Part shown: in pieces, positions 26,659 through 37,461 of the stretch
Position numbering within the stretch: position 1 is the stretch's first letter
How the letters are laid out: each line of letters begins with the position of its first letter
DNA from: Alphaproteobacteria bacterium
GTDB taxonomy: Bacteria; Pseudomonadota; Alphaproteobacteria; CAAHEQ01; UBA3637
NCBI GenBank assembly: GCA_045598925.1
Contig: JAZRVC010000001.1
Location: forward strand, 1 to 58,808
Length of the DNA stretch: 58,808 bases
Direction: 5' to 3'
Notes under the pieces: model-generated
The model's input: the letters and a program-made list of their open reading frames with translations, nothing else
What the model was told of the DNA's origin: nothing
Database searches by the model: none
Program-made: the position numbers and the translations under genes

Positions 26659-26750
26659 TCGGAAGGGTGTGGGTGCTGGTTTAAAACAGCGGGTCAGGTT
26701 CGGAAGAAAGCAGCCCATTTTATCCTTTTAGCAGGTCGTATCCTTCCACC
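26659..26750 (+). ncRNA. ffs: Signal recognition particle RNA (small bacterial 4.5S type)
   Basis: GGTGCTGGTTT...GGTCAGGTTCGGAAGAAAGCAGCC matches the conserved domain IV of 4.5S RNA (GUGCUGUUU...GGUCAGGUCCGGAAGGAAGCAGCC). The 5' GGAAGG pairs with the 3' CCTTCC. It lies in the classical position upstream of dnaX. Confidence 0.8.
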
Positions 26751-26772
26751 TATAACACAAAAGGAATACACC

Positions 26773-28398
26773 ATGCCCCAAAATAATGTTGTCCTTGCCC
26801 GAAAATACAGACCTCAAATTTTTGCCGATTTACTGGGGCAAGAAGCCTTAGTTCAAACCATTACAAACGCCATACAACAAAATAAACTGGCTCAGGCTTA
26901 TCTGTTGACTGGAATTCGCGGAATCGGGAAGACAACCTCGGCCCGCATTATTGCCAAAGGATTAAACTGTATCGGGGAAGACGGGCATGGCACAATGACC
27001 CCTAACCCTTGCGGCAAATGCCGTCATTGTTTGGATATTACCAACGATTCAGACATAGACGTTATTGAAATTGATGCCGCCAGTAATACAGGCGTGGATA
27101 ACATTCGTGAAATTATTGAAGGGGCGAAATATAATCCTGTTTCGGCCAGATTTAAAATCTATATTATTGACGAAGTCCATATGTTGTCAAAGGCGGCTTT
27201 TAATGCCCTTTTAAAGACCTTAGAGGAACCACCGGAACGGGTTAAATTCATTTTTGCCACCACAGAAATTCGTAAAGTGCCCGTTACTATTGTGTCGCGT
27301 TGTCAGCGTTTTGATTTAAAAAGAATTTCAGAAAAACCATTGGCGGAATACTTACAAAAAATCGCCAAATTGGAAAATGCAGACCTTCCCTATGATGCGG
27401 CCATGTTGCTGGCTCATGCGGCCGAAGGATCTGTGCGCGATTCTCTTTCTTTGTTGGATCAAACTCTGGTTCATTTTCCAACAGACATTACGTTGGAAAA
27501 GGTGCGTCAGATGTTGGGATTGGCCGATAGGAACACCCTTTTTGCCCTTTATAAAAATATCTTAAACGGGGATGTAGCGGCGGTCTTTCAAAATTTGGAA
27601 GAACAATATAATCTGGGGGCTGAACCCTTACAAATCTTACAAGATTTAATGACTTTAATTTACGAATTGACCACCGAAAAAACATTAAAAAATACCAGTT
27701 CAAATCAATTATTAAATCCGGATGAAAAAGCAAAATTGACAGAAATGGCAAATCAAATTTCTATAGGGTCTTTAACTTTATTCTGGCAACTGTTGGCCAA
27801 GGCCACAGAGGAAATCAAAAAAGCCTCAAACCCTTTACATTCTTTGCAAATGGTCTTGGTCCGTTTGATTTACGCCTCACAAATTATGGAAACACCGGAA
27901 AAGATGCTGGCTCAAGTCAAAGAATCGGCCAAACAGGTCGTTCTGCCAAGCGTTCAAAAAAGCCCCGCTGTACAGAAGGCAGCACCCCACACAGCCCCTA
28001 TTCTCTTTCACTCTATGGCGGATTTAGCCAATTTAGCCCGTTCCAATTCGGAACAATTGTTGGCCCATTATATTGAAAGTATGATTCATCTGATTGAAAT
28101 CGGCGATAAAAAAATATCTTGTTCCTTTACACCAAATGCACCCAAAAATTTATCCGCTGATTTGGTGCGCTTTTTGGAAAAATTGACGGGGGAAAAATGG
28201 GTCTTGGATATTCAAAAATCAGGTGGCAATCCCACAGAATCCGAAAAGAAAGTTCAAAAAGAAAAATTAGCCATGGATCATTTAAAAGAAAGGTCTGATG
28301 TCAGTTCTATCTTAAAGCAATTTCCCGGTGTTAAAATAGACAAAATCAAGCCTTTGTCCACTGTATCCGAACCTGAATCAGAAGAGGAAGAAGAATAA
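26773..28398 (+). CDS. dnaX: DNA polymerase III subunit tau/gamma
   Basis: LARKYRPQIFADLLGQE, GIRGIGKTTSARI (Walker A), a CGKCRHC zinc module, IIDEVHMLS and SRCQRF. Confidence 0.95.
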   Translation: MPQNNVVLARKYRPQIFADLLGQEALVQTITNAIQQNKLAQAYLLTGIRGIGKTTSARIIAKGLNCIGEDGHGTMTPNPCGKCRHCLDITNDSDIDVIEIDAASNTGVDNIREIIEGAKYNPVSARFKIYIIDEVHMLSKAAFNALLKTLEEPPERVKFIFATTEIRKVPVTIVSRCQRFDLKRISEKPLAEYLQKIAKLENADLPYDAAMLLAHAAEGSVRDSLSLLDQTLVHFPTDITLEKVRQMLGLADRNTLFALYKNILNGDVAAVFQNLEEQYNLGAEPLQILQDLMTLIYELTTEKTLKNTSSNQLLNPDEKAKLTEMANQISIGSLTLFWQLLAKATEEIKKASNPLHSLQMVLVRLIYASQIMETPEKMLAQVKESAKQVVLPSVQKSPAVQKAAPHTAPILFHSMADLANLARSNSEQLLAHYIESMIHLIEIGDKKISCSFTPNAPKNLSADLVRFLEKLTGEKWVLDIQKSGGNPTESEKKVQKEKLAMDHLKERSDVSSILKQFPGVKIDKIKPLSTVSEPESEEEEE

Positions 28399-28403
28399 AT
28401 TCC

Positions 28404-28432
28404 TTGACAATGATATACTTTCGTCATAAAAT
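28404..28432 (+). promoter_or_regulatory. ppa promoter
   Basis: TTGACA (28404..28409), a 17-nt spacer, then TAAAAT (28427..28432). Confidence 0.55.
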
Positions 28433-28458
28433 GACCCTATTTTAAAAGGAGAATAAAA

Positions 28459-29007
28459 ATGCATCCATGGCATCAAGTTTCACTCTATCCGCAATTTCCA
28501 AAAATTATCCCCGCTATTATTGAAGTCCCCAAAGGTTCTCAATTGAAATATGAGTTGGACAAAAACAGCGGTCTGGTAAAGGTTGATCGTGTGTTATACA
28601 GTGCGGTGCACTATCCCGCTAACTATGGTTTTATTCCAAAGACCTATTGTGAAGATAACGACCCTTTGGATATTTTGGTTTTGGGACAATTTCCTGTTTC
28701 TCCTTTAACGATTATGCGGGCACGTCCCATCGGCGTGATGAAGATGATTGATAGCGGTGAACCGGACGATAAAATTATTGCCGTTCATGAAGATGATCCG
28801 GCCTATCAATGCTATGGTCATATTCGGCAACTCCCCCCGCATTTGTTAAAAATGCTGAAACGCTTTTTTGAAGACTATAAAATCTTGGAAAAAAAGCGTG
28901 TGAAGATTGATAAGTTTTTGGGCCCCGAAGAAGCCCTGAAACTGATTGAAAAAGCCCATCAATCGTATGAGGAAAACAAAGAACATCTGACAGGTTATAC
29001 AAAATAA
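28459..29007 (+). CDS. ppa: Inorganic pyrophosphatase (family I)
   Basis: [25 protein letters not shown] and DPLDILVLG are the canonical family I PPase motifs. Confidence 0.95.
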   Translation: MHPWHQVSLYPQFPKIIPAIIEVPKGSQLKYELDKNSGLVKVDRVLYSAVHYPANYGFIPKTYCEDNDPLDILVLGQFPVSPLTIMRARPIGVMKMIDSGEPDDKIIAVHEDDPAYQCYGHIRQLPPHLLKMLKRFFEDYKILEKKRVKIDKFLGPEEALKLIEKAHQSYEENKEHLTGYTK

Positions 29008-29010
29008 ATA

Positions 29011-29032
29011 AAGCCCCGATTATTCGGGGCTT
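29011..29032. terminator. Bidirectional terminator between ppa and pheT
   Basis: AAGCCCCG-ATTATT-CGGGGCTT with T-rich flanks on both strands. Confidence 0.7.
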
Positions 29033-29052
29033 CTCTTTTACCTGTTTATTTT

Positions 29053-31416
29053 TTAGGAACGTAAAACCGCGCCGGTATTTTTTGAAACAAAATTCAAAAT
29101 TTGTTGTGAAAGTGTTTCAATTTCGGCATCTGTCAAGGTCTTTTCCATAGACTGAATCACAACCTTGACCGCAATTTGTTTTTTCCCTTCGGGCAGTTTA
29201 TCGCCTTCATAAACATCAAACACAGACACAGATTGAATCAAATTCTTATCCGTGTTTTGGATACTGGCCAGCAACTTTTGTGCCTCTACAGCCTTATCCA
29301 TCACAAAGGCAAAATCACGTTCAACAGATTGATATGCGGACTTTTTAAACTCTTTTACCATTTTGTTTTCTTTTTTCTTCATCGGTGGCAAATCATCCAA
29401 ATAGACCTCACAGGCAACCACGGGTGTTTTGATGTCAAAAGCCTTTAAAATCTTCGGGTGAATTTCACCAAAGACAGCGACTTTATTCTTCCCCAATTGT
29501 AATGAGCCACTGCGTCCCGGATGATACCATGCGGGGGCATTTTTATAGACCGTTAAATTTTCGGGAGCATCCGCCGCCATTAAAGCCGTTAAAGCATCTT
29601 TTTTGGCATCAAAGACATCCACGGGTCTGGCAACATTGTTCCAAGTAGCAGGCAAATAATTTCCCGCCCGCACCGCACAAGCCACCAACTTTTGGTCGCC
29701 CGCTTTATCGGAATAAAATTCGGGTCCTACTTCAAAAAGTTGCACATCGTTTGTGCCGGTCGCTTGATTGCGTGCCACAGCAGAAAGCAGATTTCCCACC
29801 AAAGACGGACGCATTTCATCCAAATCCGAAGCAATCGGATTGGACAATTTGACACCTTTTGACCCAAAGTATTTTGCCAACTTTGAATCCATAAAAGACC
29901 AAGTAATTGCTTGATTTAACCCACGACCAGCCAACGCACGACGCACAGCCACTTCCCTTTTTTGATGTGGGAGTAATGTGCCAATCGGCAGTGTTTCGGC
30001 ACGCATTTTGGCTTCGGGCAGATTATCCAAACCATAGATACGGACAACTTCTTCCACCAAATCAGCGGGCAAAGACACATCATGCGAACGCCAAGAAGGA
30101 ACCGTAATTTTGTTTCCTTTTACTTCAAAGCCCAACTTTGTCAAGATGTTTTCCATCTCTTTTTGGGGGATTTTCATTCCAATCAAACGTTCCACTTCAT
30201 TGAAATCAAAGTCAATGACTGGTGTGCAATCGGGTTCTTTTCCCGCCACAACAATTTGACTGGCCTCACCACCACAAAGGTCTAAAATCATTTGGGTGAC
30301 GCGCGCGTTGTCATCTAAAGTACTTTTCGGGTCAATACCACGTTCATAACGTGTTCTGGAATCAGATTGAGCCCCCGTTAAAATACCCGTTTTAGCCACA
30401 TCAGCAGGATTAAAATAGGCACATTCCAAAAAGACATTTTTCGTCTCTTTGGAAACGGCAGTATCCACCCCGCCCATCACACCCGCCATACATTGCGCTT
30501 TGTTTTCATCAGCAATCACACATACATCAGGTGTCAGAGTATATTCTTTGTCATCCAAGGCTTGAATCTTTTCACCTTCTTGAGCCTGACGCACAAAGAT
30601 ATTCTCTTTCAGTTTATCCGCATCAAAAACGTGTAAAGGACGACATTCGGCGATATTTAAATAGTTCGTAATATCCACCAAAGCAGAAATAGGACGAAGC
30701 CCGACAGAAATCAGGGCTTGTTTCATCCAATCAGGACTTTCCCCATTTTGCACATTTTTGATAAAACGACCTGTATAAATCGGACAAGCAGAGGAATCAA
30801 TTTGAACAGAAACAGGCGATTCAAAAGACCCTTTTATATCAGGCACAGGACTATCCACAAATTCACCGATACCGGTGGCGGATAAATCACGGGCAATACC
30901 TTTGGCCCCATAACAATCGGGACGATTGGGGGTTACATTGACTTCAAACACAACATCAGCCTTTAACGCTTCAGCCGCGGGTGTTCCTGCTTTACAGTCT
31001 GTCTTTAAATCAATAATACCTGTGTGATCTTCCCCAATCAACAGTTCATCTTCAGCACACAACATCCCGTTGGATTCAACCCCGCGAATTTTTCCCACTT
31101 CTAATTTTTCATTAAATTTAGGAATCAAGCACCCGGGTTGTGCCAAAATAGATTTCATCCCCACTTTAACGTTCGGCGCGCCACACACGATCTGGATATT
31201 TTTTTGTCCGTCAAAGACCGTTAAAACATGAAGTCTATCAGCGTTGGGATGTTGATCAACGGTAATAATTTCCCCAACGATAAAGCCCTGTAAAGAACTG
31301 GATAAATCTTGGATTTCTTCCACTTCCAAACCGATTTGAGTCATCTTATCAGCCAGTTCCGACACAGACGCTTGAGTATTTAAATATTTTTTAAGAGTTG
31401 CTAAACCTAATCGCAT
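29053..31416 (-). CDS. pheT: Phenylalanine--tRNA ligase beta subunit
   Basis: 787 aa with an N-terminal tRNA-binding (EMAP-like) domain, B3/4 and B5 regions and a C-terminal anticodon-binding-like domain. It overlaps the pheS stop. Confidence 0.95.
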   Translation of the reverse strand: MRLGLATLKKYLNTQASVSELADKMTQIGLEVEEIQDLSSSLQGFIVGEIITVDQHPNADRLHVLTVFDGQKNIQIVCGAPNVKVGMKSILAQPGCLIPKFNEKLEVGKIRGVESNGMLCAEDELLIGEDHTGIIDLKTDCKAGTPAAEALKADVVFEVNVTPNRPDCYGAKGIARDLSATGIGEFVDSPVPDIKGSFESPVSVQIDSSACPIYTGRFIKNVQNGESPDWMKQALISVGLRPISALVDITNYLNIAECRPLHVFDADKLKENIFVRQAQEGEKIQALDDKEYTLTPDVCVIADENKAQCMAGVMGGVDTAVSKETKNVFLECAYFNPADVAKTGILTGAQSDSRTRYERGIDPKSTLDDNARVTQMILDLCGGEASQIVVAGKEPDCTPVIDFDFNEVERLIGMKIPQKEMENILTKLGFEVKGNKITVPSWRSHDVSLPADLVEEVVRIYGLDNLPEAKMRAETLPIGTLLPHQKREVAVRRALAGRGLNQAITWSFMDSKLAKYFGSKGVKLSNPIASDLDEMRPSLVGNLLSAVARNQATGTNDVQLFEVGPEFYSDKAGDQKLVACAVRAGNYLPATWNNVARPVDVFDAKKDALTALMAADAPENLTVYKNAPAWYHPGRSGSLQLGKNKVAVFGEIHPKILKAFDIKTPVVACEVYLDDLPPMKKKENKMVKEFKKSAYQSVERDFAFVMDKAVEAQKLLASIQNTDKNLIQSVSVFDVYEGDKLPEGKKQIAVKVVIQSMEKTLTDAEIETLSQQILNFVSKNTGAVLRS

Positions 31417-32477
31417 TTTTTACCTCCATTACATGAAAGACCACTGGTAATTGTCGGGATATCCAAAGGCAAAAAGCCATAATGTTTAATCCATTTCATA
31501 TCGCCTTCAAACATAGAACGCAAATCTTTAATCCCGTATTTCATCATTGCCAAACGATCCAATCCGATACCAAAAGCAAACCCTTGGTATTTTTTGGGAT
31601 CAATATGGCAATTTTCCAACACGCGCGGATCCACGATACCGCACCCCAGTAATTCCAACCATTCTTTACCCACGTTTTTGGCCATCACACCACCTAAATC
31701 CATTTCATAGGAAGGCTCTGTAAATGGGAAGTAAGAAGGTCTGAAACGCACTTTGACATCCTCGGTTTCAAAAAAGAGTTTAAAGAATTCCAATAACACG
31801 GACTTTAAGTTCGCTAAATTTGTTTTTTCATCAATTACAAGTCCTTCTATTTGATGGAACATCGGCGTATGTGTCGCATCATAATCCCGACGATAAGTGC
31901 GCCCCGGACATACAATCTTAATAGGGGGCTTTTTATTTTCCATTGTCCGAATTTGCACACCGGAAGTTTGAGTCCTGAGCATATTTTTATTATCAAAGAA
32001 GAAAGTCGCCTGCATTTGACGGGCAGGATGTTCTTTGGGCAGATTTAAGGCTTCAAAATTATGCCAATCGTCTTCAATATCTGGGCCTTCCGCCAATTCA
32101 AATCCCATTTGGGCAAAAATGGTGAGGGCTTCTTCGGTCGCCTGCGTAATCGGATGGATACGCCCCATCTGTTCAGGGCGACAAGGCAGACTCACATCCA
32201 CAGATTCGGATTGCAATTTTTGATTAAGTTCCGCCTCTTCCAAAGCGTTTTTCTTTTCTTCAATAGCCTTTATCACTTCGCCCTTAAAAAGATTCACTTG
32301 GGCACCAAAGGTCTTTTTTTCTTCAATAGAAAGACTTCCTAATTCCTTCATCAATCCTGTTAAAGAACCGCTTTTACCAACGACACCGACACGAATAGCA
32401 TCTAAATCGGCCAATGTTTTGGCGCTTTCAATGGCGGGCATCACCGTCATTTTAATTTGGGATAATTTTTCTTGCAT
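31407..32477 (-). CDS. pheS: Phenylalanine--tRNA ligase alpha subunit
   Basis: Class II motifs are present: FRPSYFPFTEPS and GFAFGIGLDRLAM. Confidence 0.95.
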   Translation of the reverse strand: MQEKLSQIKMTVMPAIESAKTLADLDAIRVGVVGKSGSLTGLMKELGSLSIEEKKTFGAQVNLFKGEVIKAIEEKKNALEEAELNQKLQSESVDVSLPCRPEQMGRIHPITQATEEALTIFAQMGFELAEGPDIEDDWHNFEALNLPKEHPARQMQATFFFDNKNMLRTQTSGVQIRTMENKKPPIKIVCPGRTYRRDYDATHTPMFHQIEGLVIDEKTNLANLKSVLLEFFKLFFETEDVKVRFRPSYFPFTEPSYEMDLGGVMAKNVGKEWLELLGCGIVDPRVLENCHIDPKKYQGFAFGIGLDRLAMMKYGIKDLRSMFEGDMKWIKHYGFLPLDIPTITSGLSCNGGKKCD

Positions 32478-32567
32478 ATCCTTCTCCTTTTAAAATAAGT
32501 ATAATTTTACTTAAAATAAGACAAAAAATCAAGAAATAATTTTTAATTCCCAGATAAAAAATACCAC

Positions 32568-32596
32568 TTGACAAGACCTTAAAAAAATATCAGAAT
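32568..32596 (+). promoter_or_regulatory. Candidate promoter of the 32618 pilin-like gene
   Basis: TTGACA (32568..32573), a 17-nt spacer, then CAGAAT (32591..32596). An AAGGAG Shine-Dalgarno sequence follows. Confidence 0.45.
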
Positions 32597-32617
32597 ACGA
32601 AAAAAAGGAGTAGATAG

Positions 32618-33274
32618 ATGACTTTTTCTAAAAAATCTTCGGAATCTGGCGCAACCAAATTAGAAGTTGTGGCAGTGTTTGGTATTGTTTTTATCTTGGC
32701 TGTCATTGCCGTTATCAGTTATTATTTGGCCCTAAATAAGCGCGCCGCGGAAAACATCCTGAACAAAGCCAACCAACGTGCCGTTACCGTTTCTGTACAA
32801 ATTCAAGACGGTAAACAAATTACCCTCAACGAATTTAAAGATAACGGCGATATCTTTTTGGGTGGAGAAAAAATCAATAAAAGTCAATTTAAACTGATTC
32901 TTTCAAAACAGGAAGAGGAAGTTTGCCAACAGATTAAGCAAATGGCGGGCTCCTATTCTTTGATACAGGGAACAAATGAAGATTGCACGGCCCTTTATTA
33001 TAATATTGATTTAAAGGTAAAAAACAGCCCGATTTGTTCTATCAGCAGTTATTTACAGGACAATAAATGCCTGCCCTGTGCTTTAGGGTCAAGAGAATGT
33101 GAATGTAAAGGCAGTAATCCTTATGCCGATGGAAAAGGCGGATGTTGCCATTATGTGCCCAACTATACGGACAGTTCTTTTACCTATTCTTTGGATGATG
33201 CTTGCTGTGGCGAAGGATTTGATATCGCTATCAATAATGACTGCGCCGATTCAAATCGTTTATATCAACGCTGA
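32618..33274 (+). CDS. Prepilin-signal protein with a Cys-rich C-terminal region
   Basis: MTFSKKSSESG|ATKLEVVAVFGIVFILAVIAVISYY has a basic leader, Gly at -1, Glu at +5 and a hydrophobic helix. The C-terminus has clustered Cys (CLPCALGSRECECKG...GGCCHY...DACCGEG...NDCAD). Confidence 0.6.
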   Translation: MTFSKKSSESGATKLEVVAVFGIVFILAVIAVISYYLALNKRAAENILNKANQRAVTVSVQIQDGKQITLNEFKDNGDIFLGGEKINKSQFKLILSKQEEEVCQQIKQMAGSYSLIQGTNEDCTALYYNIDLKVKNSPICSISSYLQDNKCLPCALGSRECECKGSNPYADGKGGCCHYVPNYTDSSFTYSLDDACCGEGFDIAINNDCADSNRLYQR

Positions 33275-34017
33275 TTTTGCCGATACTTTTCAAATAAAAG
33301 GGTCTTCTTTTTGTCAAAAGCAGAAGAAATAACGGCCCGAGAAATATCCGAAAATCTTTGTCCGTCTCCCTCTATCATAATAGGTCTTTTTTGGCCTTGT
33401 TTCTTATTCACGGCAATTTTTGAATGCTCTGTAATCATTAAGTCTAAATGCGTTTTACTGTTCACCGAACGCAGACCTAAAAATTTTTCAGGTATCGGTT
33501 TTTTTTCACCCTCTATATTCGCATAATAACCGGAACTTCCCATTGGCGTTGCCAGAATAACACCATCCCCCTCTACGGGCATTTTATACATAAAATTTTT
33601 ATCCTTTAAAGTCAAAAGTAAATGAGCCGCCTGCGGAGACTCCCTCAACACCGAAAATTCGTTGATGGCATACGCGGTCAATTTTTCCCCATTTTTAGCG
33701 GATGTAGCCGTCAATTTTAAAGGTATCATTTCTTGAGTTTGAGCGGATTGAATACGTCTTGGTAAATCGTCTAAATTCGGATGATTACACATCCGTCCGA
33801 CCGACCCGTAATTTAAAGCAAAAATCGGTAAATCTATTCCTTTTTCAATTTGTTTATGAATGGCGGATAGAACAGAACCGTCTCCCCCTAAAACCACATG
33901 GATATTAGCCTGTTCCAACTCATGTTGTCCGTAATGGGTTTGACAAAAAGAGCAAGCCTCATCGGCTTCAGGTTTTCCTGATTCAAAATGAAATTTAAAA
34001 AAAGGGCGTGTTTCCAT
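33265..34017 (-). CDS. nadK: NAD kinase
   Basis: VVLGGDGSVLSA (GGDG motif), AINEFSV and ATPMGSSGY. Confidence 0.85.
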   Translation of the reverse strand: METRPFFKFHFESGKPEADEACSFCQTHYGQHELEQANIHVVLGGDGSVLSAIHKQIEKGIDLPIFALNYGSVGRMCNHPNLDDLPRRIQSAQTQEMIPLKLTATSAKNGEKLTAYAINEFSVLRESPQAAHLLLTLKDKNFMYKMPVEGDGVILATPMGSSGYYANIEGEKKPIPEKFLGLRSVNSKTHLDLMITEHSKIAVNKKQGQKRPIMIEGDGQRFSDISRAVISSAFDKKKTLLFEKYRQNQR

Positions 34018-34070
34018 AAGAATAAATTATACACCCAAAAGCCTTTTTTGTCAAATTTACGTTTTTTTAC

Positions 34071-34099
34071 TTGACACTGATTTAAAAAAAATCTAAACT
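34071..34099 (+). promoter_or_regulatory. Promoter of the N-type ATPase operon
   Basis: TTGACA (34071..34076), a 17-nt spacer, then TAAACT (34094..34099). An AAGGGGG Shine-Dalgarno sequence precedes the ATG at 34128. Confidence 0.55.
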
Positions 34100-34118
34100 T
34101 TGAAAATGAAATATTTAA

Positions 34119-35900
<1,782 letters not shown>

Positions 35901-35908
<8 letters not shown>

Positions 35909-36215
35909 TTTAGAAAAACATCTTAAAAAAACAGCGTCTCAATTGGTGAAAAAGACAGAACATCGTCAAAGTCGTCCTTCACGCGAACTGTTTTTTAATG
36001 CTTCAGTGATCAGCATTTATGGATTACAGGTCGCTTTGCCTGTTTTAATGGGGATTTTATTGGGTGCTTTTTTAGACCATGTTTTTCCGCACGAACTGCT
36101 TTCGTGGCAACTAAACTTCATCATTTTAGGGTTTATTATCGGCCTGATTGATGCCAACATTTGGTTGAAAAATTCATTTCAACTGACAAAGGAGAAAAAT
36201 GTCCGTAAGCATTAA
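35901..36215 (+). CDS. AtpQ-like small membrane protein of N-ATPase operons (AtpI/AtpZ-like)
   Basis: 104 aa with two hydrophobic helices. The position between atpC and atpB matches the N-ATPase gene order. GTG start. Confidence 0.55.
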
Positions 36216-36480
36216 CATCTTCTTATTTGTCCTGATTGGGGCCTGTGTCGGATACCTGTATTGTTGGTCTTTATGGAAGACTTTACAAAAATTACAGACC
36301 GTACAAAAAAAAGGTCTCTTTTTACTCTTTACAACCATTTTAAGATTAGGATTATTTGTCCTGTTGACCCTGATTTTAACAGGATGCCAAACAGATAAAT
36401 TTTTGGCCTACATCCTCGGATTTATTGTCATGCGCTTTATTTTCGTGAAAAAGTTTAAAAAAGGAACCCGAAAAAAATGA
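36199..36480 (+). CDS. AtpR-like small membrane protein of N-ATPase operons
   Basis: 93 aa with three hydrophobic segments. Its position immediately upstream of atpB matches atpR. Confidence 0.55.
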   Translation: MSVSINIFLFVLIGACVGYLYCWSLWKTLQKLQTVQKKGLFLLFTTILRLGLFVLLTLILTGCQTDKFLAYILGFIVMRFIFVKKFKKGTRKK

Positions 36481-37181
36481 TAGAAAATTTGGATAAGACA
36501 GCGTTATTTTTTATTGGGTCATTGATGGTCAATGCCACAATGTTTTATACGTGGGTAGTAATGTTTTTATTGTTTGTTTTGTGTTATATTTTCACCAACA
36601 ACCTTAAAACTAAAAACCCTGGAAAAATACAGGTCTTATTGGAGATGATGATTTCGGGTATTGAAAAACAAATCAAAGATGTCGCTGAGGATTCTCCCAT
36701 CAAATATCTGGCGATTATCGGTACTTTCTTTTTGTTTATTGCTATGTGTAATTTACTTTCAATTTTTCCCTTTTTTAAATCCCCGACCAGCAGTTTGACC
36801 ACGACCGTTGCTTTTGCCAGTTGTGTGTTCTTTGCTATCCCCTACTACGGCATTAAAAACGCGGGCATTAAAGGGTATTTTAAAAAATTCATTGAACCCA
36901 CCCCCGTCATGGCCCCCATGAATATCATCAGTGATTTTTCTTCCTGTTTTTCTTTGGCTTTCCGTCTGTACGGGAATGTTTTAAGTGGAGTGGTCATTTC
37001 ATCGGTTTTAATGATGTTGGTACCTTTTATCGTTCCTATTCCTATGCAAGTATTGGGTCTGATTACGGGCACAATTCAAGCCTATATCTTTGCGCTTTTG
37101 GCTATTGTATATGTATCGGCAGTAGCCCCAAAGCCTTGTCAAACAACAAACGATACAATCAAGGAGAATTATAATGGATGA
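36477..37181 (+). CDS. atpB: ATPase Fo a subunit
   Basis: Polytopic protein. LAFRLYGNVLSG contains the essential stator Arg motif (LRLFGN). Confidence 0.9.
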   Translation: MIENLDKTALFFIGSLMVNATMFYTWVVMFLLFVLCYIFTNNLKTKNPGKIQVLLEMMISGIEKQIKDVAEDSPIKYLAIIGTFFLFIAMCNLLSIFPFFKSPTSSLTTTVAFASCVFFAIPYYGIKNAGIKGYFKKFIEPTPVMAPMNIISDFSSCFSLAFRLYGNVLSGVVISSVLMMLVPFIVPIPMQVLGLITGTIQAYIFALLAIVYVSAVAPKPCQTTNDTIKENYNG

Positions 37182-37452
37182 AATTTCTTTAATCGGTGCT
37201 GTTTCCGTTTTTTCAGCAGCTTTATGTATTTCTATCGGGGGTATTTCTGCCGGTTTAGGTGAAGGAAATGCCGCCGCGAATGCCTTAAAAGCAATGGCGC
37301 AACAACCGGATGAATCTTCCAATATCACCAGAACGCTATTTGTGGCAATGGCTATGATTGAATCAACCGCTATTTACGCTTTTGTGATTACTGTTTTGAT
37401 TTTATACGCCAATCCTTTTTGGAACTATGTCATAGAAAACACCGTAAAATAA
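37174..37452 (+). CDS. atpE: ATPase Fo c subunit with an ESTxxY Na+-type ion-binding signature
   Basis: A 92-aa helical hairpin. Helix 1 reads GLGEGNAAANA (Glu30). Helix 2 reads AMIESTAIYAFVITVLILYANPF (Glu63, Ser64, Thr65, Tyr68). It closely parallels the Ilyobacter tartaricus c subunit ([21 protein letters not shown]). Confidence 0.9.
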   Translation: MDEISLIGAVSVFSAALCISIGGISAGLGEGNAAANALKAMAQQPDESSNITRTLFVAMAMIESTAIYAFVITVLILYANPFWNYVIENTVK

Positions 37453-37461
37453 GGAGATACA

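Noticed and set aside
27955-27962. CAAAAAAG run inside dnaX, considered as a possible programmed -1 frameshift site producing a gamma subunit.
   Set aside because: The A-run is not in the A-AAA-AAG register relative to the zero frame (the codons are CAA AAA AGC). The -1 frame stays open for more than 40 codons instead of terminating quickly, and no downstream stem-loop is evident.
33265-33274. 10-nt convergent overlap of nadK with the 32618 pilin-like gene, and a 23-nt convergent overlap at 42836..42858.
   Set aside because: Short convergent 3' overlaps are common in compact genomes. There is no evidence of functional significance.
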